This document shows positions 17,192-26,426 of a DNA stretch of 30,123 bases, piece by piece. Below the pieces are notes generated by a model. It was not told the origin of the DNA and searched no databases. It saw nothing but the letters and a program-made list of their open reading frames with translations. The stretch comes from Thermoplasmata archaeon (GTDB lineage: Archaea > Thermoplasmatota > SW-10-69-26 > JACQPN01 > JAJPHT01): contig JAXDQU010000049.1 in assembly GCA_034667685.1 (NCBI GenBank), positions 1-30,123 of the forward strand, given 5' to 3'. How positions within the stretch are numbered: the first letter of the stretch is position 1; every line of letters starts with the position of its first letter. A program made the position numbers and the translations under genes.

Positions 17192-18388
17192 TCAGCCCAC
17201 CTTCTTCGCCGCCAGGTCGGCCAGGTGCTCGCCGAAGGGGAGCGAGCAGGTCAGCCCCGGCGAGACGGCATTGAGCACGTGCGCCGCGCGCGGCGTCTCG
17301 CGCACCACGATGTCCTCGACGAGGTTGCCCTTGCGGTCCACCATCTGCGCGCGGTTGCCGGCGTAGCTCGGGCGCAGGTCGTCGGGCCGAAGCTCAGGCA
17401 CAAGGAGGCGCGCCTCCTTCCAGATGGCCTTCAACGAGAGGCTCTTCGCCACCTCGTCGCGGATCAGGCGCCGGAACTGCGGCTTGACCATCATCTTCCA
17501 GAAGCCGCCCCAGCCCAGCGTGAGCCCGAGCCCGCCGCCGCGCATCGAGGAGAACGTGTAAGCCTCGCGGCCGAACGCGAGCATGGCGCCGGGCCCCACG
17601 ATCACGCGCCCGTCAGCGCGGCGCGAGAGGTGCACGCCCAGGAAGGGGAACGTGAGGTCGGGCGCCGCGTAGATGTGCGAGCGCACGAGGTCGCGCCGCT
17701 GCGGCGCAAGCTCGGCGTAGTAGCCGCGGAACGGGATCACGCGCATGTCCGGCGCCAGCTCGCGCGCCAGGCGATCGGCCCACAGCCCCGAGGCGTTGAC
17801 GAGCGCCTTCGCCGTGAGGCTGCCCTTGCTCGTGCGCAGCGTGACGCCCGCCGCGTCCTCGGCGATGCCGAGCACCTTCGTGTCGTAGAGGATGCTCGCG
17901 CCGGCGCGCAGCGCGTCGTCCGAGAGCGCGTGGACGTACGCCCGCGCGTCGAACGAGGCGGCATCGCGCGCGTGCAACGCCTCGATGCCCACGGCGTGCG
18001 GCTCCTGCTCGCGGAGGCCCTTCTCGTCAAGCATGCGCACGTCCACGCCGTTGCCCTTGCCGCGCTTGTGCAGCTCCGCGAGCACCGCGCGCTCGGGCTC
18101 GGTCCGCGCGACCACGAGGATGCCGCCGGGGTGCGTCGCGATGCCGCGCTCCTCGCAGTACGCGCGCAGGCGCTTGTTGCCCTCGACGCAGTACGTCGCC
18201 TTCGCGCTGCCGGGTTTCACGTTGTAGCCCGCATGGATCACGCCGCTGTTGCGCCCGCTCTGGTGCAGCGCGGGGCCGCTCTCCTTCTCCACGACGAGGA
18301 CCTTCAGGCCGCGGCTCGCGGCGTGATAGGCGGCGCTCGTGCCGATGGCACCGGCGCCGACGATCAACAGATCGGCGTCGAGGCTCAC
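17192..18388 (-). CDS. lhgO: L-2-hydroxyglutarate oxidase-like FAD-dependent oxidoreductase
   Basis: IVGAGAIG, EKE…HQSGRNSGVIHAG, IPFRGYY, FPFLGVH, HVLNAVSPGLT. Confidence 0.85.
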   Translation of the reverse strand: MSLDADLLIVGAGAIGTSAAYHAASRGLKVLVVEKESGPALHQSGRNSGVIHAGYNVKPGSAKATYCVEGNKRLRAYCEERGIATHPGGILVVARTEPERAVLAELHKRGKGNGVDVRMLDEKGLREQEPHAVGIEALHARDAASFDARAYVHALSDDALRAGASILYDTKVLGIAEDAAGVTLRTSKGSLTAKALVNASGLWADRLARELAPDMRVIPFRGYYAELAPQRRDLVRSHIYAAPDLTFPFLGVHLSRRADGRVIVGPGAMLAFGREAYTFSSMRGGGLGLTLGWGGFWKMMVKPQFRRLIRDEVAKSLSLKAIWKEARLLVPELRPDDLRPSYAGNRAQMVDRKGNLVEDIVVRETPRAAHVLNAVSPGLTCSLPFGEHLADLAAKKVG

Positions 18389-18810
18389 GCGATTCCCTCG
18401 GCGGCCTTGGCGAGCGACTTGGCGATGCGGCGCACCTCCATGGGAGCGCGCAACGCGTGCGCGTGGATGCGGCTTGGATCGAGCTCGGCGTAGCGATGGA
18501 GGAGGACGTTGCGGAAGCGCCGCAGGTCGCGCAGCGTGCGGGCTTGCTCCTCGTCGAGAAAGCCCGCGTGGAGGAGCTTCGCGTCGATCCCCTCCTCATC
18601 CGAAGGGACGCCGAGGCGGCGCATCGCGCAGACGGTCGCCGCGAGGTCCGAAAGCGCCTCGATGGAGACGTGGAGCGAGCGCTCCACCGCGAGCTGTTTC
18701 ATCCGATCTGCAGCGTACGATGCGAAGACATTGGGTGTGAACTGCTCGACATCCGCGGTGGCGCGGTCGATCACGTCGAGGTACGCGAGGACGCGCTCAC
18801 GACCAGGCAC
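18385..18810 (-). CDS. HepT-like (DUF86) HEPN ribonuclease toxin
   Basis: AVERSLHVSIEA..D and FRNVLLHRY (Rx4HxY). Lies directly downstream of an MNT gene. Confidence 0.88.
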   Translation of the reverse strand: MPGRERVLAYLDVIDRATADVEQFTPNVFASYAADRMKQLAVERSLHVSIEALSDLAATVCAMRRLGVPSDEEGIDAKLLHAGFLDEEQARTLRDLRRFRNVLLHRYAELDPSRIHAHALRAPMEVRRIAKSLAKAAEGIA

Positions 18811-19201
18811 GCTCGACCGCCTCCAGGTACGTCTCGTAGTGCGGCTTGAAGTCCGTCCACGCGCGGACGGTCTGCAGGGCGATCTCGTAGAGCGCATCCT
18901 CGTCCTTGAGGAGCAGCGGGACGGCGTCGCGGAGCACCTGGCGGCGCACGTACAGCGGCAGCGCCTGGAACACGGAGACGTCCAATCCCTCGTGCCGCTT
19001 GCCGCTGGCGTGGCCCAGATAGCGCAGGTGGGCGTCCTGCGGATCGCGGCGCGCGTCGGGGCGCAGCACGACGCACACGTCCACGTCGCGCCCTTCGCCT
19101 TCGCGCGCCGCGCTGCCGAAGAGGAGCACGGCGAGCACGTCGGGGTCCGCACGTGCCTCGGCCAGGAGGGCGTCGAGCGCCCGCGCGTCCGCGTCCTTCA
19201 C
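18797..19201 (-). CDS. Minimal nucleotidyltransferase (MntA-like antitoxin)
   Basis: VLAVLLFGSAAR…DVDVCV, LDVSVFQALPLYVR..VL. Confidence 0.88.
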   Translation of the reverse strand: MKDADARALDALLAEARADPDVLAVLLFGSAAREGEGRDVDVCVVLRPDARRDPQDAHLRYLGHASGKRHEGLDVSVFQALPLYVRRQVLRDAVPLLLKDEDALYEIALQTVRAWTDFKPHYETYLEAVERAWS

Positions 19202-19220
19202 GTTCCGCCGATCGGGGTCC

Positions 19221-20120
19221 TCAGATATGCCCCTTCTCCTTGAGGTACGCGGCGAGCGCGTCCGGCCACGGCCGCAGCGGGTGGCCGAGGGCCCGCGCGA
19301 GACCGGCGTTGTGCAACGCGCTGTTCGCGGGACGCTCGGCCTTGCTGGGGAACGCGGTGTGGTCGATGGGTTGCACCTCGACCTTGAGGCCGGCGAGCGC
19401 GACGGCCCGGCTCGCGAAGCCGTGCCACGTGACGGCGCCCGCGTTCGTGACGTGGACGACGCCGCGCGCGTCGCGCTCCAGGAGGTCGAGGATCGCGCCG
19501 GCCGCGTCCATCGTGTAGGTGGGCGTCATCCACTGGTCGTTGACGACCTTGAGCGGTCCGCCCTCGCGCGCCTTCTTGAGGATCGTCTCGATGAAGTTGC
19601 CCCCCTTGCCCCGCGCGCCGACGACGCCGAAGAGCGAGGCCACGCGCGCGACCAGGGCGTCCGGGTGCCCGACGCGCGTCTCGTGCTCGCCCGCGAGCTT
19701 CGAGGCGCCGTAGGTGTTGAGCGGCCGCGGCGCGTCGGCCTCGGTCCAAGCGTGCGCCGCGTCGGTGGCGCCGTGCGCCGGGGTGGGCTTGTCGCCCGGG
19801 AAGACGTAGTCGGTGCTCACGTACGCGAGCCTCGCGCCCACGGCCCGCGCGGCGCGGGCGACGTGCAGCGCGCCCACGGCGTTGACGCGGAACGCTTCCG
19901 CCGGGTCGTCCTCGCACTTGTCCACCTGATGGAACGCGGCGGCGTTGACCACCATGCGCGGGCGCGTGGCGTCCAGGAGCTTGAGCACGGCGGGCCCGTC
20001 CGTGACGTCGACGCGCTCCGCTTGCGCGACGCTGAGCCCCTTCGCGTGCGCGACCTTCACGACGTCGCTGCCGAGCTGGCCGGTGGCGCCCAGGACGAGC
20101 AGGTCAGAGGACGATGCCAT
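19221..20120 (-). CDS. rmlD: dTDP-4-dehydrorhamnose reductase
   Basis: GATGQLG, NAAAF..VDKCE, STDYVF, YGASKLAGE, VVNDQ..TPT, RPANSAL. Confidence 0.92.
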   Translation of the reverse strand: MASSSDLLVLGATGQLGSDVVKVAHAKGLSVAQAERVDVTDGPAVLKLLDATRPRMVVNAAAFHQVDKCEDDPAEAFRVNAVGALHVARAARAVGARLAYVSTDYVFPGDKPTPAHGATDAAHAWTEADAPRPLNTYGASKLAGEHETRVGHPDALVARVASLFGVVGARGKGGNFIETILKKAREGGPLKVVNDQWMTPTYTMDAAGAILDLLERDARGVVHVTNAGAVTWHGFASRAVALAGLKVEVQPIDHTAFPSKAERPANSALHNAGLARALGHPLRPWPDALAAYLKEKGHI

Positions 20121-21132
20121 GCGGCGCGACTTCCTTCATGGTCTGGTTCCACTGGATGAGCGTCTTGTACCAGTTGAGCGTGTTCGTCGTGGGCCCGTCG
20201 GTGAGCGCGCCCTTCTGGAGCGCTTCGAAGATCTCGCGCGCGCCGTCCTCGGGCTGCTTCTCGGTCTTGTAGCCGAGGCGCTGGCCGATTTTCTTGAACG
20301 AGACGCGGTAGCTCCGGTGGTCGACGTCGCCGTACCAGTCGGGGTCGTACTTGAGGCCGACGGCGGCGCTGACGCGCTCGGCGAGCGGGCCGATCATGAC
20401 GTTCTGGTCCTCGGAGCCGACGTTGAAGATCTCGCCGTTGACCTTCGCGGGGTCGCTCTCCAGGACGGTCATGAACGCGCGGCACGTGTCGCGCACGTGG
20501 ACGAAGGGGCGCCACTGCTTGCCGTCGCGCATGATCTTGACCCGGCCTTGCTTGAAGAGCGAGAGCGTCATGCCGTTGATCGCGAGGTCGAAGCGCATGC
20601 GGCGCGAGAGGCCATAGACCGTCGCCTGTCGCAGGGCGGTGACCGAGAACTTCTCGTCGCCCAGAGGGAGATTGCTCGACTCGGCGAGGCCGTTGGCCTC
20701 CGCGTAGGTCGTGAGCGGGTTGATGGGGCTCGTCTCGTCCACGACGTGATCCTGGAAGCCGTAGATGCTGCACGACGAGGCGAGCACGTAGCGCTTGACG
20801 CCGTGCGCCTTCGCCATCTTGCCCATGCGCGCGCGGGCCGCGTGGTTGATATCAAGGGTGCGCTGGGGGTCGAGCTCGCCCGCGGGGTCGTTGCTCAGGG
20901 CCGCGAGGTCGCACACGGCGTCGATGCCCTTGAGGACGGCGGGCGGCGCCCAGCGGTTGTCCTCGCGCACGAGATGGAGGCGCGGGTTGCCGCGCAGGTC
21001 GGCGAGCGTGTCGCCGAAGAAGAATCGGTCGAGGACGGTGACCTCGTAGCCGCGCGCGAGGAGCATCTCGGTCATCACGGTGCCGATGTATCCGCCGCCG
21101 CCTGTCACGAGGACGTGCTTGGGCTTGTCCAT
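20104..21132 (-). CDS. NAD-dependent epimerase/dehydratase (extended SDR, YxxxN variant)
   Basis: TGGGGYIG, LAALSNDP, ASSCSIYG, PLTTYAEAN, RFDLAIN, RPFVHVRD. Confidence 0.9.
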   Translation of the reverse strand: MDKPKHVLVTGGGGYIGTVMTEMLLARGYEVTVLDRFFFGDTLADLRGNPRLHLVREDNRWAPPAVLKGIDAVCDLAALSNDPAGELDPQRTLDINHAARARMGKMAKAHGVKRYVLASSCSIYGFQDHVVDETSPINPLTTYAEANGLAESSNLPLGDEKFSVTALRQATVYGLSRRMRFDLAINGMTLSLFKQGRVKIMRDGKQWRPFVHVRDTCRAFMTVLESDPAKVNGEIFNVGSEDQNVMIGPLAERVSAAVGLKYDPDWYGDVDHRSYRVSFKKIGQRLGYKTEKQPEDGAREIFEALQKGALTDGPTTNTLNWYKTLIQWNQTMKEVAPHGIVL

Positions 21133-21702
21133 TCAGGGTCCCTTCCAGGTGAAGTCGTTGTCCGCGTCCTGGAGCAGCGGCGCCTCGGCGTCCTTCTTGC
21201 TCAGGATCGGGTGCTCGTGGGGCCAGGCGATGCCCAGCGCCGGGTCGTTCCAGCGGATGCCACGGTCGTGCGCGGGGCTGTACTCGTGCGTGACCTTGTA
21301 GGCGATCTCGGCCACGTCGGTGAGCGTGAGGACGCCGTGCGCGAAGCCCGGGGGCACCCAGATCATCGCGCGGTTCGTCGCCGAAAGGTGGGCCGTGACG
21401 TGCCTGCCGAACGTGGGGCTCCCCTTCCTGATATCAACCGCGACGTCGAGGATCTCGCCCGCGAGGCAGCGCACGAGCTTGCCCTGCGCCGCGGGGTCCT
21501 TCTGGTAGTGGAGCCCGCGCAGGATGCCGCGCCCGACGCTGCGGCTGTGGTTGTCCTGGCGGAAGGGGCCGACGATGCCGTGCTTCGCCATGTCGGACTC
21601 CTTGAACGTCTCCATGAACCAGCCGCGCTCGTCGCCGAAGGCCTTCGGCTCGACGAGCACGACGTCCGGCATCTCGCGGAACGGCTTGAACTCGAACGGC
21701 AT
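21133..21702 (-). CDS. rmlC: dTDP-4-dehydrorhamnose 3,5-epimerase
   Basis: FGDERGWFME, QDNHSRS, LRGLHYQ, QGKLVRC, DVAVDIRKGSPTFG, VPPGFAHG. Confidence 0.96.
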   Translation of the reverse strand: MPFEFKPFREMPDVVLVEPKAFGDERGWFMETFKESDMAKHGIVGPFRQDNHSRSVGRGILRGLHYQKDPAAQGKLVRCLAGEILDVAVDIRKGSPTFGRHVTAHLSATNRAMIWVPPGFAHGVLTLTDVAEIAYKVTHEYSPAHDRGIRWNDPALGIAWPHEHPILSKKDAEAPLLQDADNDFTWKGP

Positions 21703-21711
21703 GAGATCACG

Positions 21712-22581
21712 CTAGAACGGCTGGGAGAGGATGTTGAGGAGGTAGTCGCGCCACTCGTTGTTGTAGCCCTGCGCGAGCTGCTCGACGCGCTTGGCGTCGA
21801 TGTAGCCCATGCGCCAGGCGACCTCTTCGAGGCACGCGACCTTGAGCCCCTGGCGGTTCTCCAGGGTGGCGATGAAGTTGGAGGCTTCGAGCAGCGACTG
21901 GTGCGTGCCCGTGTCGAGCCACGCGGTGCCGCGCCCGAACTTGATGAGCTTGAGCTGGCCCCGGCGGAGATATTCCTGGTTGACGCTGGTGATCTCCAGC
22001 TCGCCCCGGGCGCTGGGCTTGACGCCCTTGGCGATCTCCACGACCTGGCTGTCGTAGACGTAGAGGCCGGTGACGGCGTAGTTGCTCCGGGGCTGCTTGG
22101 GCTTCTCCTCGAGCCCGACGACCTTGCCCTGCGCGTCGAACTCGGCGACGCCGTAGCGCTGCGGGTCCTTGACCCAGTAGCCGAAGACGGTGGCGCCGCG
22201 GTTCTCGCGCACGGCCTGCTGGAGGAGGCCCGTCATGCCCTGGCTGTAGAAGATGTTGTCCCCGAGGACGAGCGTCACGGCGTCGCGGCCGATGAACTCC
22301 TCGCCGAGGAGGAAGGCCTGCGCGAGCCCGCCCGGGTGCGGCTGCTCGGCGTAGCTGAAGCGCATGCCCAGCGGGGAGCCGTCGCCCAGAAGCTCGCGGT
22401 ACTGCGGCAGGTCGCGGGGCGTGCTGATGACGAGCACGTCGCGGATGCCCGCGAGCATGAGCGTGGAGAGCGGGTAGTGCACCATCGGCTTGTCGTACAC
22501 GGGCAAGAGCTGCTTGCTCACCGCCCGCGTCACCGGATGCAGGCGCGTGCCCGACCCTCCGGCGAGGATGATGCCCTTCAC
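21712..22581 (-). CDS. rmlA: Glucose-1-phosphate thymidylyltransferase
   Basis: [53 protein letters not shown] start at 22581. Confidence 0.97.
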   Translation of the reverse strand: MKGIILAGGSGTRLHPVTRAVSKQLLPVYDKPMVHYPLSTLMLAGIRDVLVISTPRDLPQYRELLGDGSPLGMRFSYAEQPHPGGLAQAFLLGEEFIGRDAVTLVLGDNIFYSQGMTGLLQQAVRENRGATVFGYWVKDPQRYGVAEFDAQGKVVGLEEKPKQPRSNYAVTGLYVYDSQVVEIAKGVKPSARGELEITSVNQEYLRRGQLKLIKFGRGTAWLDTGTHQSLLEASNFIATLENRQGLKVACLEEVAWRMGYIDAKRVEQLAQGYNNEWRDYLLNILSQPF

Positions 22582-22604
22582 GCGGCGGCGAGCGGAAGCA
22601 GCGT

Positions 22605-22612
22605 ATTTAAAT
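22605..22612. promoter_or_regulatory. Palindromic TATA box (ATTTAAAT), probable bidirectional promoter
   Basis: Self-complementary AT box centred between the divergent GTG starts at 22581 (-) and 22636 (+), with 23 intervening bp on each side. Confidence 0.7.
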
Positions 22613-22635
22613 CCCGTGCGGCCTGGGTGAGCGCC

Positions 22636-23406
22636 GTGCGGATTGCCATCGTCGTGCCCACCAAGGACGCCACGAGCGAGATGGCGCGCACGTGCCTGGA
22701 CGCCGCGCGCAAGACGACCGAGCACCTGGGCGCCACGGTCCATCCGATCCAGCGCAGCGGGCCCGGCTTCCGCTTCTCGCGCAGCATCAACGAAGGCATC
22801 CGCAAGGCGCCCGACGCCGACGGCTGGGTGCTGCTCAACGACGATGCGTGGATGGACGCGGGCTGGCTCGACGCGATGCTCGACGCCGCGGCCGCGCACC
22901 CGGAGGTCGGCGAGTGGGGCGGCCTGCTGCGCTACCCCGACGGCTCGATCCAGCACGCGGGCGGCTACGTCCACACCTCGCCGCTGCCCGCCCTCGCGCT
23001 CGCCACGCGCCACAAGGCTCCGCTCTGGATGGCGCGCATGATCGCTTCGCAGCGGGGCCGCGCGTACCCCTACATGTGGGGCCACTGGCGCTCGATCTCT
23101 CCGCGCCACCGGCTCGACTACGTCACCGCCGCCTGCGCGCTCGTCACCCGCGCGTGCGTCGAGAAGGTGGGCCTCTTCGACGAGGACTACGAGTTCGGCG
23201 CCGAGGACGTCGACTACTCGCTGCGCGCGCTGGAGGCGGGCCTGGAGATCGGCGTCGCGCGCGGCGCCACCGGCCTCCACCACGAGGGCAAGAGCACCGC
23301 GCCCATGGGCGAGCGCCAGCGCCGCAGCCTCAACACCTTCCGCGCCAAGTGGCCCGCGGCGCGCATCCGGGCCGCCACGCGCGGCCGCCACGGCGTGATC
23401 GCATGA
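22636..23406 (+). CDS. Glycosyltransferase family 2 (rhamnosyltransferase-like)
   Basis: [51 protein letters not shown]. Confidence 0.88.
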   Translation: MRIAIVVPTKDATSEMARTCLDAARKTTEHLGATVHPIQRSGPGFRFSRSINEGIRKAPDADGWVLLNDDAWMDAGWLDAMLDAAAAHPEVGEWGGLLRYPDGSIQHAGGYVHTSPLPALALATRHKAPLWMARMIASQRGRAYPYMWGHWRSISPRHRLDYVTAACALVTRACVEKVGLFDEDYEFGAEDVDYSLRALEAGLEIGVARGATGLHHEGKSTAPMGERQRRSLNTFRAKWPAARIRAATRGRHGVIA

Positions 23407-24467
23407 AGGTCCTTCTCGCCTCGCTTGATAGCATCCACACGCTGCAGGGCGGCGTCGAATGGTACGTGCACCACCTCGCGGAGGCGCTCGCGGACGAAGG
23501 GCACGAAGTCAGGGTCGCGACGCGCCAGCCCCAGCGCCAGCCCCAGCCCTCGGCGACGGACTACCGCTTCCTGCCGATGCCGCGCGGCGCCGCGAGCCAC
23601 CGCTACCGCCTGCTCTGGAGCCCGCGCTTCGCCCGCCGCCTGGCGAAGGAGGCGGCGTGGGCCGACGTGGTGCACGGGCAGAACGAGGACGGGATGGGCG
23701 CGCTCGGCGTCCGCCCCGTGGTCGCGACGGTCCACACGACGCCGCTCGACGAGTGGGCGTCGTCGCGGCTCGGCGGCTGGCGCGAGACGCTCTACCAGCG
23801 CAGGCTGCAGGCGCTCCGCGTCGCGCGCTGGCGCCGCTTCGCGCCGCGCGCCGAGACGATTTGGACGCCCGGCGCGCACGTCGCGGAGAGCCTGCGCGAG
23901 CTGGGCGCGCGCCGCGTCGAGATCGCGCCGAACCCGGTCGCGCCGCTGCCGCGCTTCGGGCAGAAGGAGGCGCGCGACGCGCTCGGCCTGCCCGCCGGGC
24001 CGCTCGTGCTCTACCTCGGAAGGCTGGCGCGCGTGAAGCGCGTCGATCGCCTGCTGGACGCCACGCCGCCCGGGGCCACGCTCCTGATCGCGGGCGAGGG
24101 GCCGGAGGAATCCGCCCTGCGGCAGCGCGCCGGGCCCCACGTCCGATTCCTGGGGCGCGTGGACGACGCGACGAAGGCGCGCCTCTACGCCGCGGCCGAC
24201 GTGCTGGCGCTCCCCAGCGAGCACGAGGGGCAGCCGCTCGTCCTCCTGGAGGCGATGAGCGTGGGCACGCCCGTCGTCGCCACGCGCGCCGAGTGGGTGC
24301 CGCCCGGGCTGCGCGGGTTCGGCCTGTGGGGCGACGACCTGCCGCGGCTGCTGCGCGAGGCGCTGGCGAAGGGCCGCGGCCAGCCCGCGCCGGTCACGAC
24401 GTACCGCGAGACGGCGCGGCGCTTCTCCGAGGAATACAAGCGGCTGGCGCGAGGTGCCCGCGCGTGA
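23403..24467 (+). CDS. Glycosyltransferase family 4
   Basis: GGVEWYV..LA..L…[30 protein letters not shown]. Confidence 0.92.
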   Translation: MKVLLASLDSIHTLQGGVEWYVHHLAEALADEGHEVRVATRQPQRQPQPSATDYRFLPMPRGAASHRYRLLWSPRFARRLAKEAAWADVVHGQNEDGMGALGVRPVVATVHTTPLDEWASSRLGGWRETLYQRRLQALRVARWRRFAPRAETIWTPGAHVAESLRELGARRVEIAPNPVAPLPRFGQKEARDALGLPAGPLVLYLGRLARVKRVDRLLDATPPGATLLIAGEGPEESALRQRAGPHVRFLGRVDDATKARLYAAADVLALPSEHEGQPLVLLEAMSVGTPVVATRAEWVPPGLRGFGLWGDDLPRLLREALAKGRGQPAPVTTYRETARRFSEEYKRLARGARA

Positions 24468-25573
24468 GGATCCTCCTGACCTCGCACCGGTTCTGGCCCA
24501 GCGTGGGCGGCACCGAGGAGGTCGTCGAGCAGCTCGCGCGCCACCACGCGCAGGCCGGGCACGACGTGACGGTCTTCACGAGCGACGAGCCGGGAACCCC
24601 GGAGCGCGAGGAGCGCGAGGGCTACCTGATCCGGCGCTTCCCCCTCCAGCGGCGCGGCAAGTTCCGCTTCCCGCCGAAAAGCTATCGCGAGGCCGTGCTC
24701 GCGCCGGGCTGGGACGTCGTGCACCTGCACGGCCAGCGCGTCTGGAGCACCGACTACCTCTATCGTCATCTGAGGCGGAGCGCGGCGCCCATCGTCTTCA
24801 CCGCGCACGGCTTCTACCAGTGGCACGTGGAGCGCGCGCCTCTCGCGGACGACCTCTACTACCGCGTCGTCATGCCGCGCGCATTGCGCCACGTCGCGGC
24901 GGCCGTCGCGCTCACCCGCGGCGAGGCCGAGGAGCTGCGGACGTTCGGCGTCGCGCCCGGCAAGGTGCGCGTGATCCCCGACGGCTTCGTGCCCGACGCC
25001 TTCTCGAAGCTCCCGCACGGGTTCCGCGCGCGCCACGGGATCGCGCCCGCCGCGCCGCTCCTGCTCTACGTGGGCGGCTTCTACCGCAACAAGCGCGTCG
25101 ACCGCGCGATCGAGGTGGCCGCGGACACCGGCGCGACGCTCGCCATCGTCGGGCGCGACGCGCACCGCGAGCACGGCCTGGCGGAGTGCAAGGCTCTCGC
25201 CGAGCGCACGGGCGCCGACGCGCGCTTCCTGGGCGTGCTGCCGCGCGACGATCTGCGATCAGCGTACGCGGAGGCCGATCTCCTGCTGCTCCCGAGCGAC
25301 TTCGAGGGGTTCGGCCTCGTGCTCCTCGAAGCGATGGCGGCGGGGCTCCCCTTCGTCGCGACCCCGGTGGGCGCGGCGCCGGACCTCGCGGCGCTGGGCG
25401 CGGGCGTCGTCGCGGGCCCTGGCGCGCTCTCGCTGAAGGCGCGCGAGCTGCTGGCCGACCCTCCGCTGCGCAAGGCGATGGGCGAGAAGGGCAAGGCCGC
25501 CGTGGGCGCGTACACGTGGCCCCCGATCGCGGAACGATATCAGCGGCTCTACGAGGAGGTGGCGCGCAAGTGA
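24464..25573 (+). CDS. Glycosyltransferase family 4
   Basis: PSVGGTE, GHDVTVFT, EGFGLVLLEAMAAGLP. GTGA overlap with the upstream gene. Confidence 0.92.
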   Translation: MRILLTSHRFWPSVGGTEEVVEQLARHHAQAGHDVTVFTSDEPGTPEREEREGYLIRRFPLQRRGKFRFPPKSYREAVLAPGWDVVHLHGQRVWSTDYLYRHLRRSAAPIVFTAHGFYQWHVERAPLADDLYYRVVMPRALRHVAAAVALTRGEAEELRTFGVAPGKVRVIPDGFVPDAFSKLPHGFRARHGIAPAAPLLLYVGGFYRNKRVDRAIEVAADTGATLAIVGRDAHREHGLAECKALAERTGADARFLGVLPRDDLRSAYAEADLLLLPSDFEGFGLVLLEAMAAGLPFVATPVGAAPDLAALGAGVVAGPGALSLKARELLADPPLRKAMGEKGKAAVGAYTWPPIAERYQRLYEEVARK

Positions 25574-26394
25574 GGGTGACGGTCCTCGTCACGCTGCTCA
25601 ACGACCCGCGCGTGGCGCGCACGCTCGACTCGCTGGCGGCGCAGACCCGGCGCCCCGACGCCGTGCTCGTGGCGGACGGCGGCTCGAAGGAGGAGGACCT
25701 CGCCGCCGCGCGCGCCTTCGCCTCCGCTCACCCCTGGACGCGCGTCGAGCATCATCCCGGCAGCGTCGCCGAGACGCGCAACGGCGCGCTTGCCTCCCTC
25801 CACGACGCGGAGATCGTCGTCTTCCTGGACAGCGACCAGGTGGCGCCGCCGGGCTGGCTCTCGGCGCTCGTGGCGCCCATCGAATCGGGCGCGGCGGACT
25901 TCGCGGGCGGCCCCACGAAGCCGCTCGTCGCGCCGCGCGGCAAGGGCGAGGCGTACCTCAACGACTTCGAGGCGTGGTTCTACCCGAACGTCGTCGCGCA
26001 CGACCTGACCAAGCTCCCCATGGGCAACAGCGCGTGGCGCCTGGACGCCCTGCGCGCGGTGGGCGGGTTCGACCCGCGCCTCGTCTGGGGCGGCGAGGAC
26101 TATGATATCAACATCCGCATGGCGAAGGCCGGCCGCAAGGGCGCCTACGTGCCGGAGGCCTGGGTGTACCACGACCAGGGCGGGCGCAACGACCTGCGGA
26201 GGCTGCTGCGCCGCAAGTACCGCTACAACGTGGGCGCGACGCTGGCGTACATGAAGAACGGCGTGCTGCGCGAGAAGATGCGAAGCGCCGCGCGGAACAC
26301 GGTCGCGTTCAAGCACCCCTACGAGCGGTGGAACCTGGTCATCCAGCCGCTGGCGCTGCTGCGGGCGATGACGTTGCGCGGGCGGATCCGATAA
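25570..26394 (+). CDS. Glycosyltransferase family 2
   Basis: LDSLAAQT, VADGGS, RNGAL, VFLDSD, VGGFD, GEDYD. Confidence 0.9.
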   Translation: MRVTVLVTLLNDPRVARTLDSLAAQTRRPDAVLVADGGSKEEDLAAARAFASAHPWTRVEHHPGSVAETRNGALASLHDAEIVVFLDSDQVAPPGWLSALVAPIESGAADFAGGPTKPLVAPRGKGEAYLNDFEAWFYPNVVAHDLTKLPMGNSAWRLDALRAVGGFDPRLVWGGEDYDINIRMAKAGRKGAYVPEAWVYHDQGGRNDLRRLLRRKYRYNVGATLAYMKNGVLREKMRSAARNTVAFKHPYERWNLVIQPLALLRAMTLRGRIR

Positions 26395-26421
26395 GGATAT
26401 TAGGAAATTTCCGAATATCCT
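26394..26421. promoter_or_regulatory. 28-bp AT-rich palindrome, putative operator/promoter of the wHTH-MNT/HEPN module
   Basis: AGGATATTAGGAAATTTCCGAATATCCT has 13 of 14 base pairs complementary and ends 5 bp before the ATG at 26427. Confidence 0.7.
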
Positions 26422-26426
26422 AATGC

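Noticed and set aside
19945-22635. N-terminal ~900 aa of the 1153-aa ORF, and similar long ORFs (96-1955, 1063-3144, 9795-12515, 16208-18493)
   Set aside because: These are antisense or off-frame shadows of real genes, caused by high GC and scarce stop codons. Their Arg/Ala/Gly-rich translations carry no recognisable motifs.
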